From a virus (taxonomy: Duplodnaviria; Caudoviricetes): a stretch of DNA of 64,000 nucleotides. Below the pieces are notes generated by a model. The model was not told the origin of the DNA and searched no databases. It saw only the letters and a list, made by a program, of their open reading frames with translations. The stretch lies in IMG/VR virus record IMGVR_UViG_3300036770_005357. One strand, 5' to 3'. Within the stretch, counting starts at the first letter, position 1; the number at the start of each line of letters is the position of its first letter. Position numbers and translations under genes: made by a program. Below, one piece after another: positions 18,405 to 27,327 of the stretch.

Positions 18405-19445
18405 ATGGAAAATATTGAGGAATTTACAATTAATAGTGAAGAATTATTAATAGAAACATCATTAATATCAAAAGCCGATAAATATGGAAGAATTACTTAC
18501 GCAAATCATACATTCTGTGATGTATCTGGTTATACCATTGATGAACTGATAGGATGTGATCATCGCGTCGTAAATAGCGGTGTACATAATAAGCAATATT
18601 GGCAAAATATGTACGCTACAGTCATTAAGGATAGAAAAATTTGGAACGGTACGGTAACTAATAAAAATAAAAATGGTGAACTTTATTTCGTAAAAAGTTG
18701 GATAAAGGGTATTTTTGATAAAAATAACAACTTTATTGGATATATATCTGTCAGACAAGATGTTACAGAAATCATTAAATCTAAAAACGAAATTGATAAA
18801 AAGAACGCATATCTTGAACATGCAGCTAAAATATTAAGACACGATATGCATAGTGGAATAAATACATACATACCAAGAGGTATAACTTCATTGGAAAGAA
18901 GATTATCTCCGGATTTAATTCAACAATATAAATTGGAATTTCCAATTAAGATATTGAGAGAAGGATTGTCACATACCCAAAAAGTTTATCGTGGTGTATA
19001 TGAATTCACTAATTTAGTAAAACAAGATTCTGAACTTACTAAATGTTTGTTTAATCTAAAAGATATTCTTATAGACTATTTAAAAACGACGGCTTATAAA
19101 GATCAAGTTCTAATATTAGATTTACCAACTATAGAAGTAAACGACGCTTTATTTTGTACAGCAATAGACAATCTAATTCGTAATGGTTTAAAATACAATG
19201 ACAGTGATACGAAATGTGTAAAGATCTACATGGAAAATGATTATCTTATAGTAGAAGATAATGGTAGAGGTATGGATTGTAGCGAATTTGATCATTTATC
19301 AAAACCATATACCCGTAAAGAAGGCCAAACAGAAAGTGGCAGTGGTTTGGGATTGAATATTTGTGTAGAAATTTTAAAGATACACGGCTTTTCCGTGAGT
19401 TGTGAAAAGTTACAATGTGGAACTAAACTCAAAATAAAATTATGA
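18405..19445 (+). CDS. PAS-domain sensor histidine kinase (cytoplasmic)
   Basis: Aer/NifL-type PAS (GRITYAN..FCDVSGY..ELIG..H). H-box LRHDM, N-box DNLIRNGLKY, G1 EDNGRGM, G2 GSGLGL. Start moved to ATG 18405, 5 nt after TATTTATA. Confidence 0.92.
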   Translation: MENIEEFTINSEELLIETSLISKADKYGRITYANHTFCDVSGYTIDELIGCDHRVVNSGVHNKQYWQNMYATVIKDRKIWNGTVTNKNKNGELYFVKSWIKGIFDKNNNFIGYISVRQDVTEIIKSKNEIDKKNAYLEHAAKILRHDMHSGINTYIPRGITSLERRLSPDLIQQYKLEFPIKILREGLSHTQKVYRGVYEFTNLVKQDSELTKCLFNLKDILIDYLKTTAYKDQVLILDLPTIEVNDALFCTAIDNLIRNGLKYNDSDTKCVKIYMENDYLIVEDNGRGMDCSEFDHLSKPYTRKEGQTESGSGLGLNICVEILKIHGFSVSCEKLQCGTKLKIKL

Positions 19446-19873
19446 TTGATTCTATATTATTAATTGATGACGAAAATTTATTTCATCTCGTATTTGAAGA
19501 TGCTTGTAGTCTATTGGATATTACATTGAGTCTTAAAACACTAAACAGTGCAGATGAAGCAGAAAGATATTTTAGATATTTAGTTGAAAATAATCAAAAG
19601 AAACCTGACTGTATATTTGTTGATTTGAATATCATCGGTTCAACATTTAATGGTATAGAATTAATAAGAAAAATTAATTTTGAGTATGGCGACGGAGTAG
19701 TTATTGGGATAATTTCATCAAGCAATGATAAGAACGAACAAGCAAAAGCAATGAAAGCTGGTGCTCAATTCTGGATTATTAAATCCGATGAAATTGAACC
19801 AAGACTCAAAGAATTCAAAAAAGACTTTGATGGGTTTTTAAAAAGAAAACTACCATTTAAAATTTATCAATGA
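19442..19873 (+). CDS. single-domain response regulator (CheY-like receiver)
   Basis: LLIDDE acidic pocket, phospho-acceptor FVDLN, IISSS and conserved K (WIIK). It overlaps the kinase stop (ATGA). Confidence 0.9.
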   Translation: MIDSILLIDDENLFHLVFEDACSLLDITLSLKTLNSADEAERYFRYLVENNQKKPDCIFVDLNIIGSTFNGIELIRKINFEYGDGVVIGIISSSNDKNEQAKAMKAGAQFWIIKSDEIEPRLKEFKKDFDGFLKRKLPFKIYQ

Positions 19874-20430
19874 TAAAATTAAACAATGAAACAAAGGAAA
19901 CACTAATACAGTTTTCCAAAGAAAAAGGCATTTATATTGAAGGAAATATATTAAAAACTATAGATGCCTCCGACGATCCTCAATTCGCCGAGTATATAAG
20001 ATTGTCTATAGAACGAGATAACGAAAAACGAATCAAACGACTTGATGTAACCAAACAGGTTCAAGAACAAAATGCTGAATTAATTAAATCTAAAGCAGAA
20101 AACGAAAAAATTAATATAGAATTAAAATTAGCTTTGGAAGAGGCTGAACGAGCAAAATTAAATGCATTAACCGACTTGGAAGTATTACAAAAGAAAACTC
20201 AATACGAACTTATAGGATCTATTGTTAAAATATCATTATGGATAATATGTGGTATAGGCATGGTAACTACGGGTATGTTTGCACTTTGTTTAGGTTTGGG
20301 TATAGATAATGAAATCGTACAAAATACTTGGAGTAATATGTTTGGTATACTTCTAACAAATTGTTTCAGTATCATAGGTACAATAATGGGTGTTAAATAT
20401 GCTTCTGAAAAAATTGATAAAAAAAGTTGA
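19870..20430 (+). CDS. coiled-coil protein with two C-terminal TM helices, third gene of the two-component operon
   Basis: ATGA overlap with the regulator, a heptad-rich middle region and two hydrophobic helices. Confidence 0.7.
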   Translation: MIKLNNETKETLIQFSKEKGIYIEGNILKTIDASDDPQFAEYIRLSIERDNEKRIKRLDVTKQVQEQNAELIKSKAENEKINIELKLALEEAERAKLNALTDLEVLQKKTQYELIGSIVKISLWIICGIGMVTTGMFALCLGLGIDNEIVQNTWSNMFGILLTNCFSIIGTIMGVKYASEKIDKKS

Positions 20431-20461
20431 ATTATTAAAATAAGCGTTTTACACTATATTA

Positions 20462-21235
20462 GTGTCTGAGTATTGTGATACATCATTAATTTATCTACAA
20501 AGTGTCAATAAGAATGTTGCAAAAACACTTATTGAAAAGAACCATTATACTCATAAATGGACACTGTGTACTGTAGCTTATGGCATATATTATAAAGACT
20601 ATATTGAAAGTAGTTTTTTTGGCGGTTATAATAGTAAATTAATAGGCGTATTGGTATATGGTCAGTCTGTAGGTAGAAGTGCCGGTACTAGTATAAGTCC
20701 ATTATTAAACAATGACAATGTAATGGAACTGACTCGTCTGTGGATTGAAGATGGTTACGGTAAGAATATAGAAAGTTATTGTATCGCTGAAAGTTTCAGA
20801 TTGTTAAATGTAGACTTTCCAAATATTAAATGTATATTAAGTTACGCAGATAATGAAGTGGGACATGCTGGTATAATATATCAAGCAGCTGGGTTTCTGT
20901 ATCAAGGTGACATTTATGTAGATCTGGCTAAAATGCCAAATTATAGTATTAGTTTATGTGGTCCTCCTAACTATGATTGGATACATAGTAGAAGTGTATT
21001 TTCACGATGGAAAAGTCATAATGTAGATAAACTAAAAGAAAGAATTGGTAAGACTTTTTGGCGTAAAAGAGAAAGTGGTAAACATCGTTATATCAAGTTT
21101 ATAAGCAACAAAATAGAAAACAAAAAACTAACTAAATCACTCAAACACAAAGTTAGACCATATCCAAAAAATACTTCGTTTGTAGAAGAAGTACAAGAAA
21201 TAACTGTTGAAGATAATAATAAATTTTTTAATTAA
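20462..21235 (+). CDS. Mom-like (GNAT-fold) DNA adenine-modification enzyme
   Basis: IEKNHY, MELTRLW, KNIESYCIA, ILSYAD..GH.G.IYQAAGFLY.G pattern of the Mom family. GTG start. Confidence 0.75.
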   Translation: MSEYCDTSLIYLQSVNKNVAKTLIEKNHYTHKWTLCTVAYGIYYKDYIESSFFGGYNSKLIGVLVYGQSVGRSAGTSISPLLNNDNVMELTRLWIEDGYGKNIESYCIAESFRLLNVDFPNIKCILSYADNEVGHAGIIYQAAGFLYQGDIYVDLAKMPNYSISLCGPPNYDWIHSRSVFSRWKSHNVDKLKERIGKTFWRKRESGKHRYIKFISNKIENKKLTKSLKHKVRPYPKNTSFVEEVQEITVEDNNKFFN

Positions 21236-21978
21236 AATTTCTTTTTATAACTTTTTATTGTTGTCATTGATACATCGTATTTTTCACTCAACTGTAATAT
21301 TGTAAATCTACCACTCTTTAAATCATCAACAAATTCATTTTTACGTAAAGCAAATTTACGCTTTTTCTCACTAATACGAAGCTTCATTTCATCACTCATT
21401 GCACCACGCTTTTTGCCTGTTATTTTGTTGTCATATTTATAATTTATTGTTCTGGAGGATAATTTCAGTCTTCTTTCTTCGTACATTCTACTTCCTAAAT
21501 CATTTCCATATTTTTCAATAAACCAATTTAAACTAAATCTACCTATAGCTTTTTGTTTTTGTTTTAATAAACTTTCATCATTATGTTTCTTGCCAAACAT
21601 AGGATTGTTTTCGCCTGAATATAATTCTGATAATTGTTGTCTTATATTCTCCTTATTAGGATTGTGTGTAAAATTATCACCGCCACACGAATTTTGCGCA
21701 ATATTATAACCTATACCATTTCTGTATGGTTCAAACATGTTTAAATAATGTTGTTCTCTTTCTAAAAGCAATTTGTCATCCATTATTTCTTCTACGATTT
21801 CAAATTTAAATTGATTTTCGCCATAAAAATTCCACGCATTTTGTAATTTTGCATTTATATGTGTTTTTTTATTTAAATCGTTTTTATGTTCCCACCACCG
21901 CCGATTAATGTCTTTTGATGATCCTATATAAAATTTGCCATTTCGCGTATTTGTTATTTTATAAATTCCCATTTTCAT
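21232..21978 (-). mobile_element. free-standing GIY-YIG homing endonuclease with NUMOD3-like motif
   Basis: GIYKITN...FYIGSS, RWWEH, GYN, NPMFGKKH. Inserted just downstream of the major capsid gene terminator. Confidence 0.88.
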
Positions 21979-22022
21979 ACTTTACCATAAATATCTTGAA
22001 TTTTATTAAAAATACAATAAAA

Positions 22023-22048
22023 AAACTCCCGACATACGTCGGGAGTTT
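22023..22048 (-). terminator. rho-independent terminator after major capsid gene
   Basis: Perfect 11-bp stem AAACTCCCGAC/GTCGGGAGTTT with a 4-nt loop, followed by a U-rich tract on the minus strand. Confidence 0.85.
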
Positions 22049-22070
22049 GCTTAATATTATTTTATAAATA

Positions 22071-23900
22071 TTATACTTGATCCAAGTCGGCAATAAGTAC
22101 TTTGCCGTAAAATTCTGGGCGGACTACCTTCTTAGCGTAGCGGGTCATTACGCCTCTACGTGGTGTGAAGTTAGTTGGATCATAGACCAATGGAGTTTGG
22201 ATAAGTGGGATGTATGGAGCATATACAGCACCGGTTTCGAGGAAGTTATTTCCGCGGAAACCAACCAATACAACATTGTCAGTCATATATGGGTTCTTGT
22301 AGACTTGGAAGCGACTTGCGAAGCTACCAACACGACTTACACCCATTGCGAACTTGGCTTGGTCACCGTCGGTGTTAACAACATATCCTGGAATTGATTC
22401 CAAGATGGTTGCTACATCTGGGCTTACGACCAAGAAGTTAGCACCACCACGGAGAGTCAATTTTTGGATTGTGTTAGAGACCTTTTGGATCTTGTTACCG
22501 AGGGTTTGGAACCATGTGCTCTTTACATAAGCGGTACGATTTGGAGAAGCATTTGAAATGCGGGTGAATGAAGCTTCACCGGTTGTTGCATTTGTGCTCT
22601 TTGTAAATTCAGTACCGATGGCAGCACTCCAAGCTTCTGTTGTTACGCCGGTTACAGCGTTGTTCAACATGTCAAGGATTTCAAGGTCAATTTCCATTGA
22701 TACATATTCACTCAAAAGAGCAGTAAGTTCTGCTTCTGCATCAATTGAATGATATGCATTCAAGTCTTGAGCCAATTCTGGAGTCCAGACAGCCTTTAAC
22801 TTACGAGTCTTAGCAACGATCGGTTCGCTGTTGAGCACCAAGTTGACTTCAGGAATACTGATGTCAGTGTCAATGCTTTGTGTAGCAGTTGCACTTGCGT
22901 TACCGGAACCTTCACCAGCTGTCTTACCAGCTTCGAAGTCGCCACGGAGGTTGTCGGTTGGTTGGAGTGTATATACCAACTTAACCTTATTAGAAGCACC
23001 ACCGAATGCGCTGTTTGAAGCGGAAACGATGTATACTGTTTGATAGAATGGATTTGAGTTACTACCAGTGTTCAATACTCTTGTATAAGTATTCAATACT
23101 AAACCACTGCTTGGCAATGATGTTGGAGAAACGGAAGCTGAGATCAAGTTGAATGAACGAGCTGCGTTCAAATCAATGTTCCAAGCATATCCGTTAGCTG
23201 CAATTGTATTTGATTGAGTATTGTCATCGTGATTCAAGATAACCTTAAACAACTTCTTAGCAACTACTGATGAACTCAATTCAGAAGCATATTGAACATC
23301 GTTCCATGACGCTGTTTGAATTGTGTTACCTGTAGATGTTCCTGAAGCATTCTTTGTCAAGGTAATTGCTGAACTTGTCAAAGCACGGCTTGAATAAGCA
23401 TAAGCGCCTTGACCATAAAGACCCTTAACAGCGTCATCAGTTGAACCTAATTTCTTACCGTTACCGCCGAATAAACTGTCATTCAATGCTTTACCGGCAC
23501 GGGTTGTTACGCTACTACCATTGTTCAAGTTACGAAGGTCTTGACCAGGAGCGGTTGTACCATACTTGAAATCTAAGTAGAAGATAAGACCGCTTGGGAG
23601 ATTCATTGGTTGAACACTAACGAATTCCTTAGCAGCGATTTCAGCAAATACACGACGGACCAATGGAAGAGCAACACCGGCCCATTGTTCTGAGCTTGTG
23701 CTGGTACCAGTTGTGGTTGCTTCGTCAAGCAATTGCTTAGCTTGGTTTTCTAAGAGAATAGACATGTGTGCCTTCTCAACGCCGTTTGTGCCTTCAAGAA
23801 GACCTGTCTTTTCCCACTTTTGTTGTAATCCACGGGTTTCAGCCATCAATTTGGCTTGTGGATTCATATTATTTGTTAATAATGATTTAATATCACTCAT
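22071..23900 (-). CDS. gp23: major capsid protein (T4 gp23-like) with S/T/N-rich insertion
   Basis: KWEKTGLLEG, VSVQPMNLPSGLIFYLDF, RKLKAVWTPELAQDL, YAPYIPL and RGVMTRYA motifs. Confidence 0.96.
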   Translation of the reverse strand: MSDIKSLLTNNMNPQAKLMAETRGLQQKWEKTGLLEGTNGVEKAHMSILLENQAKQLLDEATTTGTSTSSEQWAGVALPLVRRVFAEIAAKEFVSVQPMNLPSGLIFYLDFKYGTTAPGQDLRNLNNGSSVTTRAGKALNDSLFGGNGKKLGSTDDAVKGLYGQGAYAYSSRALTSSAITLTKNASGTSTGNTIQTASWNDVQYASELSSSVVAKKLFKVILNHDDNTQSNTIAANGYAWNIDLNAARSFNLISASVSPTSLPSSGLVLNTYTRVLNTGSNSNPFYQTVYIVSASNSAFGGASNKVKLVYTLQPTDNLRGDFEAGKTAGEGSGNASATATQSIDTDISIPEVNLVLNSEPIVAKTRKLKAVWTPELAQDLNAYHSIDAEAELTALLSEYVSMEIDLEILDMLNNAVTGVTTEAWSAAIGTEFTKSTNATTGEASFTRISNASPNRTAYVKSTWFQTLGNKIQKVSNTIQKLTLRGGANFLVVSPDVATILESIPGYVVNTDGDQAKFAMGVSRVGSFASRFQVYKNPYMTDNVVLVGFRGNNFLETGAVYAPYIPLIQTPLVYDPTNFTPRRGVMTRYAKKVVRPEFYGKVLIADLDQV

Positions 23901-23948
23901 AATTTTATCCTAATTTGTTATTGTTTGGTTTTACTCGCAAACTAAATT

Positions 23949-25040
23949 TTACTTCTTGATTCCTGCGAGTTTCTTGAATCTTGAAGCCATCTCTTCAGCT
24001 TGAGGTTCTACAATAGTAGCCACAGGCTTGGTTGATGATACTGGTTTGCTTGCCAAACCTTCGGTGATAGTTTGGGCAGTTGCATTGGTCTTCTTTTTGG
24101 CAACTGATCCACCGCCATTAATTGATTCGGCCAAAACTGTATAAGCTAACTTGACTTCACGAATACTCTTCGTGAGATCAAAAGTATTGATGACCTTCAA
24201 CTTTTGGTCTTCGGTCAAATTCTTACCCTTAAAGAGCTTGTTGGTATAAAGCAACTTAGCATTTAAGAGATTGGTTTCATTAAGTACTCCCTTGAGATAC
24301 TTAACAGTCTTTTCATATTCACTCAATTGAGCCTTCAACGATTCATTTTCTTCATTGATAGCAACAAGAGCTTCTGCCATTTCTTCAGCAGTTACTTCTC
24401 CTTCAGCGCTTTCTTCGGCTGGTGAAGGAACTTGACCCGGAGCAGGAGCAACTGGTGCTGGTGCTGGTGCCGGTGCTGGTGCTGGTGCAGCTGCCATGTC
24501 GGGTACTGGTGCTGGTGCTGGCGCTGCAGCAGGAGCAACATTTTCTTCAGCTTCTAATTCGGCGAGAAGTTCGTCGAGATTTACAGCATCTTCTTCAGTT
24601 GATTCTTTTACTTCTTCTTCTTCTTGTTCTTCAGCTTCATTGACTACTTCACTTTCAAGTTCAGCTAGAATTTCATCCAATTCTTCGCTAGTTACTTCGG
24701 CTCCTTCTTCTTCTTCAAGTTTCACAACTTCTGGACCATCGCCACTTGTTTGTGTTGAAGTTTTATTTGCTGATGAGGAAGGCTTAACAGGGTGTTGCTT
24801 GCTGGCAATGTTACTGTCATCCTTACCGATACCAGAAGAAGCTAACTTTTCTTCAATCTTACCTTCTTCAGCAACTTCTTCACCTTCGGCTTCTTCAGCC
24901 ATTTCTTCCTTGAGTTTTGATGCAAACATTTCTTTCATGCTAGCAGCAAAATTTTCTTCAAGGAAAGTTTTTGCATTGGCCAATGCAGTTTCACGAACTG
25001 CCTTAGCGTCTGCGATACTTTCTTTTAATAAATCGCTCAT
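23949..25040 (-). CDS. prohead core scaffold protein (gp22-like)
   Basis: Very acidic, with an (AP)n linker, a coiled coil and C-terminal RFKKLAGIKK. Directly upstream of the capsid gene, with an AAAGGA SD. Confidence 0.8.
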   Translation of the reverse strand: MSDLLKESIADAKAVRETALANAKTFLEENFAASMKEMFASKLKEEMAEEAEGEEVAEEGKIEEKLASSGIGKDDSNIASKQHPVKPSSSANKTSTQTSGDGPEVVKLEEEEGAEVTSEELDEILAELESEVVNEAEEQEEEEVKESTEEDAVNLDELLAELEAEENVAPAAAPAPAPVPDMAAAPAPAPAPAPAPVAPAPGQVPSPAEESAEGEVTAEEMAEALVAINEENESLKAQLSEYEKTVKYLKGVLNETNLLNAKLLYTNKLFKGKNLTEDQKLKVINTFDLTKSIREVKLAYTVLAESINGGGSVAKKKTNATAQTITEGLASKPVSSTKPVATIVEPQAEEMASRFKKLAGIKK

Positions 25041-25215
25041 AATTTAATAATCCTTTCTTGATTGTTTTGTCTTATAGTGGACTGTTATTAGTCCGGTGAA
25101 GTTATTGAAGAACTCCAAAGAAGATAAATTGATATGACATCAAAGAATGATGTATTTGTATAATAAATATAATTTAATTTTATTAAATATAAAAAAATAT
25201 CATATTTATTGATGT

Positions 25216-25806
25216 ATGCCTGCAACTTCAGAAAAACAAGCAAGACTATTTAGATTGGTTAGAGGTGTTCAAAAAGGTGATGTATCTCCTCGTAAAGTTT
25301 CACCTACGGTTCGTAAAATGGCTAAAACTATAAAGCCTAGTAGTGTAAGAGACTTTACAAAAGTTAAAGAAATTATAAATAACTTAAAAGAAGCTGAATA
25401 TACACTAAGCAAATTTAAAAAAGTTGATGATAAATCATTCAATCAACTTTTATCAGAAAATGTAGGTACACCGTTTGATAAAAAAGAATTATTGATATTT
25501 CAAAGCAAACAAAGTGGATTTGCTGGATTTGGTAAAACTACATTTCTTCATAATAAAAATAAAAATGAAGTAACCGCTGAAATTTTCAGCAACGAAACGA
25601 CTAAAAAGTTTGTTTTTAAAAAATTAATTGATAATGAAGACTCAAGTGTATGTAAGTATGGTTGTTTTATTCAAAAAAGTTTTCCGGATAAACCCGATAA
25701 AGAAGTTTATTATACGCTGAGTAACAATTTCAGTAATGACGATATTTCTGAAAAAACAAAAATGCTAAGTGACTTTATAGATAGACTTAATTCTTATGGC
25801 CTATAA
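25216..25806 (+). CDS. hypothetical phage protein
   Basis: 196-aa ORF starting MPATSEKQARLF..VQKG, a recurrent T4-like phage N-terminal motif. TATTTATT lies 5 nt upstream. Confidence 0.6.
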   Translation: MPATSEKQARLFRLVRGVQKGDVSPRKVSPTVRKMAKTIKPSSVRDFTKVKEIINNLKEAEYTLSKFKKVDDKSFNQLLSENVGTPFDKKELLIFQSKQSGFAGFGKTTFLHNKNKNEVTAEIFSNETTKKFVFKKLIDNEDSSVCKYGCFIQKSFPDKPDKEVYYTLSNNFSNDDISEKTKMLSDFIDRLNSYGL

Positions 25807-26254
25807 TTATAATCCCAATTTTGCTAAACATTTTAACTCCAAAACTAACACATATAAAAATATTGTTAGATCTGGCGATGAAACTCCATATACAAACCCC
25901 GGTATGTTTAATATGGAAGTAAAAGATTTTTATAAAAAATCTATAAACTTCATAAACAGTGATAATTTTGAAGAAGGTGTTAGAATGTACAAGTTAGAAG
26001 AAATTGATCATCCAAGTGGTTGGGATATGTGTGAGTTAGATATGCTTGGTGAAATGGGATTCAAGATTGAAGATGATTATAAAATGTGTGCTGAAGTAGA
26101 AGTACCTTCATTACAACTTGAAAATGAAAAAGTAAAAACCTCCGTCTATAAAACAGACGAAGGTTATGTACTTGAAACTAATAGAAAATATGTTTTTGAA
26201 ACTTTTAACAAAATGATTGAGTTTATTGACTCAATACCCGTTAAAAAGTTTTAA
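25796..26254 (+). CDS. hypothetical protein
   Basis: 152-aa ORF overlapping the upstream gene end and filling the gap. Confidence 0.6.
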   Translation: MAYNYNPNFAKHFNSKTNTYKNIVRSGDETPYTNPGMFNMEVKDFYKKSINFINSDNFEEGVRMYKLEEIDHPSGWDMCELDMLGEMGFKIEDDYKMCAEVEVPSLQLENEKVKTSVYKTDEGYVLETNRKYVFETFNKMIEFIDSIPVKKF

Positions 26255-26706
26255 GATTGTGTTGGAACATTAGGATTCAAACTAACACTACTTGGTTGTG
26301 CATGTGTTTGAAAAGATTGTGGAGCTTCACTCATTGGTGCTGTAATTTCAAAATATCTTTCTAATCTTACACCGATTTGTTCATAAAGCATTTCTAATTG
26401 ATGTTCAATTTCTTTAATCTTATGAGCTTCTTCGTATAACTTGGCAGCATCCTTCTTGATATCCTTCATATCACGTTCCACCATCTTAGCTTGCATCCAA
26501 TCGCCACATTCCTTGAGAGCATATCTTTCAGCTAAGTTAACAGCTTCCATAATCTTGTTAGCTGTTTCATACACAGATTCAGCCTTCAAGTTCTTACGGT
26601 ATTCGTTATATGATTTGATTGTCTCATACATCTTCTTCTTTTCGTAGATTGTAAGAGGATTATAAGCGTGTTCCGTGGAATTTTCTAATAAATGTTTTAA
26701 TTTCAT
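26251..26706 (-). CDS. hypothetical helical protein, candidate prohead core/internal protein
   Basis: Leader MKLKHLLE, TATTTATA upstream, adjacent to the protease gene. Confidence 0.6.
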   Translation of the reverse strand: MKLKHLLENSTEHAYNPLTIYEKKKMYETIKSYNEYRKNLKAESVYETANKIMEAVNLAERYALKECGDWMQAKMVERDMKDIKKDAAKLYEEAHKIKEIEHQLEMLYEQIGVRLERYFEITAPMSEAPQSFQTHAQPSSVSLNPNVPTQS

Positions 26707-26719
26707 ACTCTTATAAATA

Positions 26720-27322
26720 TTATAAATCTGAGAGAATGTTATGAATTATTCTTTCTACATTACTGTATGGATTAATTATTCTTGATTGTTCTACGCTTTC
26801 ATTTATCTTACCTTGTGGATACATAAAAGCACCTTGTGTAGAAGGATTGCTAACAAAGTCAAAGGCAATTAAATCAAAGTCATCTTGTACTACATCAGCA
26901 CCTTCACGCATATCTTTCTTAACACTACCTAAACCTCTACTAGATATGCCTAATAATATTCCCGAATTAAGAAGATCTCTTAAAATATTACCGCTCGGAG
27001 TTGGAAGAATTTCAACGGTACCTACCAAATCATCATTATCCCAACCCATATCAACAATATTATGACTTACATTCTTTAAATTAACAACGGATGATTCTGG
27101 ATGATCTAGTTCACCCATAGCTCTGCGTTGTTTTACAAAATTCTCCATGTACTTTTCAGCTTCTCTTTTGAGAATTTCTTTTGGATAAATTCTACCGTTT
27201 TGATTCTTAGCTTCTGCTCTTTGAAGTACGCCACTCACAATAAATTTACCATCTCGTGTGGATTCGTTTAGAGATGTTTTTTTGAATTCAAATGGTAATA
27301 CATCAATTAATACTTGTTTCAT
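26720..27322 (-). CDS. gp21: prohead core protease (T4 gp21-like)
   Basis: NQNGRIYP, GELDHP, GISSRGLGSV and FDFVSNPS motifs. Confidence 0.95.
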   Translation of the reverse strand: MKQVLIDVLPFEFKKTSLNESTRDGKFIVSGVLQRAEAKNQNGRIYPKEILKREAEKYMENFVKQRRAMGELDHPESSVVNLKNVSHNIVDMGWDNDDLVGTVEILPTPSGNILRDLLNSGILLGISSRGLGSVKKDMREGADVVQDDFDLIAFDFVSNPSTQGAFMYPQGKINESVEQSRIINPYSNVERIIHNILSDL

Positions 27323-27327
27323 ATATA

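Noticed and set aside
20462-21978. Mom-like plus GIY-YIG pair as a restriction-modification system
   Set aside because: The nuclease has typical homing-endonuclease NUMOD3 architecture and is convergent rather than co-transcribed, so there is no sequence evidence for a cognate pair.
24422-25047. Plus-strand ORFs 24422..24643 and 24496..25047
   Set aside because: They are antisense shadows of the Glu/Ala/Pro-rich scaffold gene.
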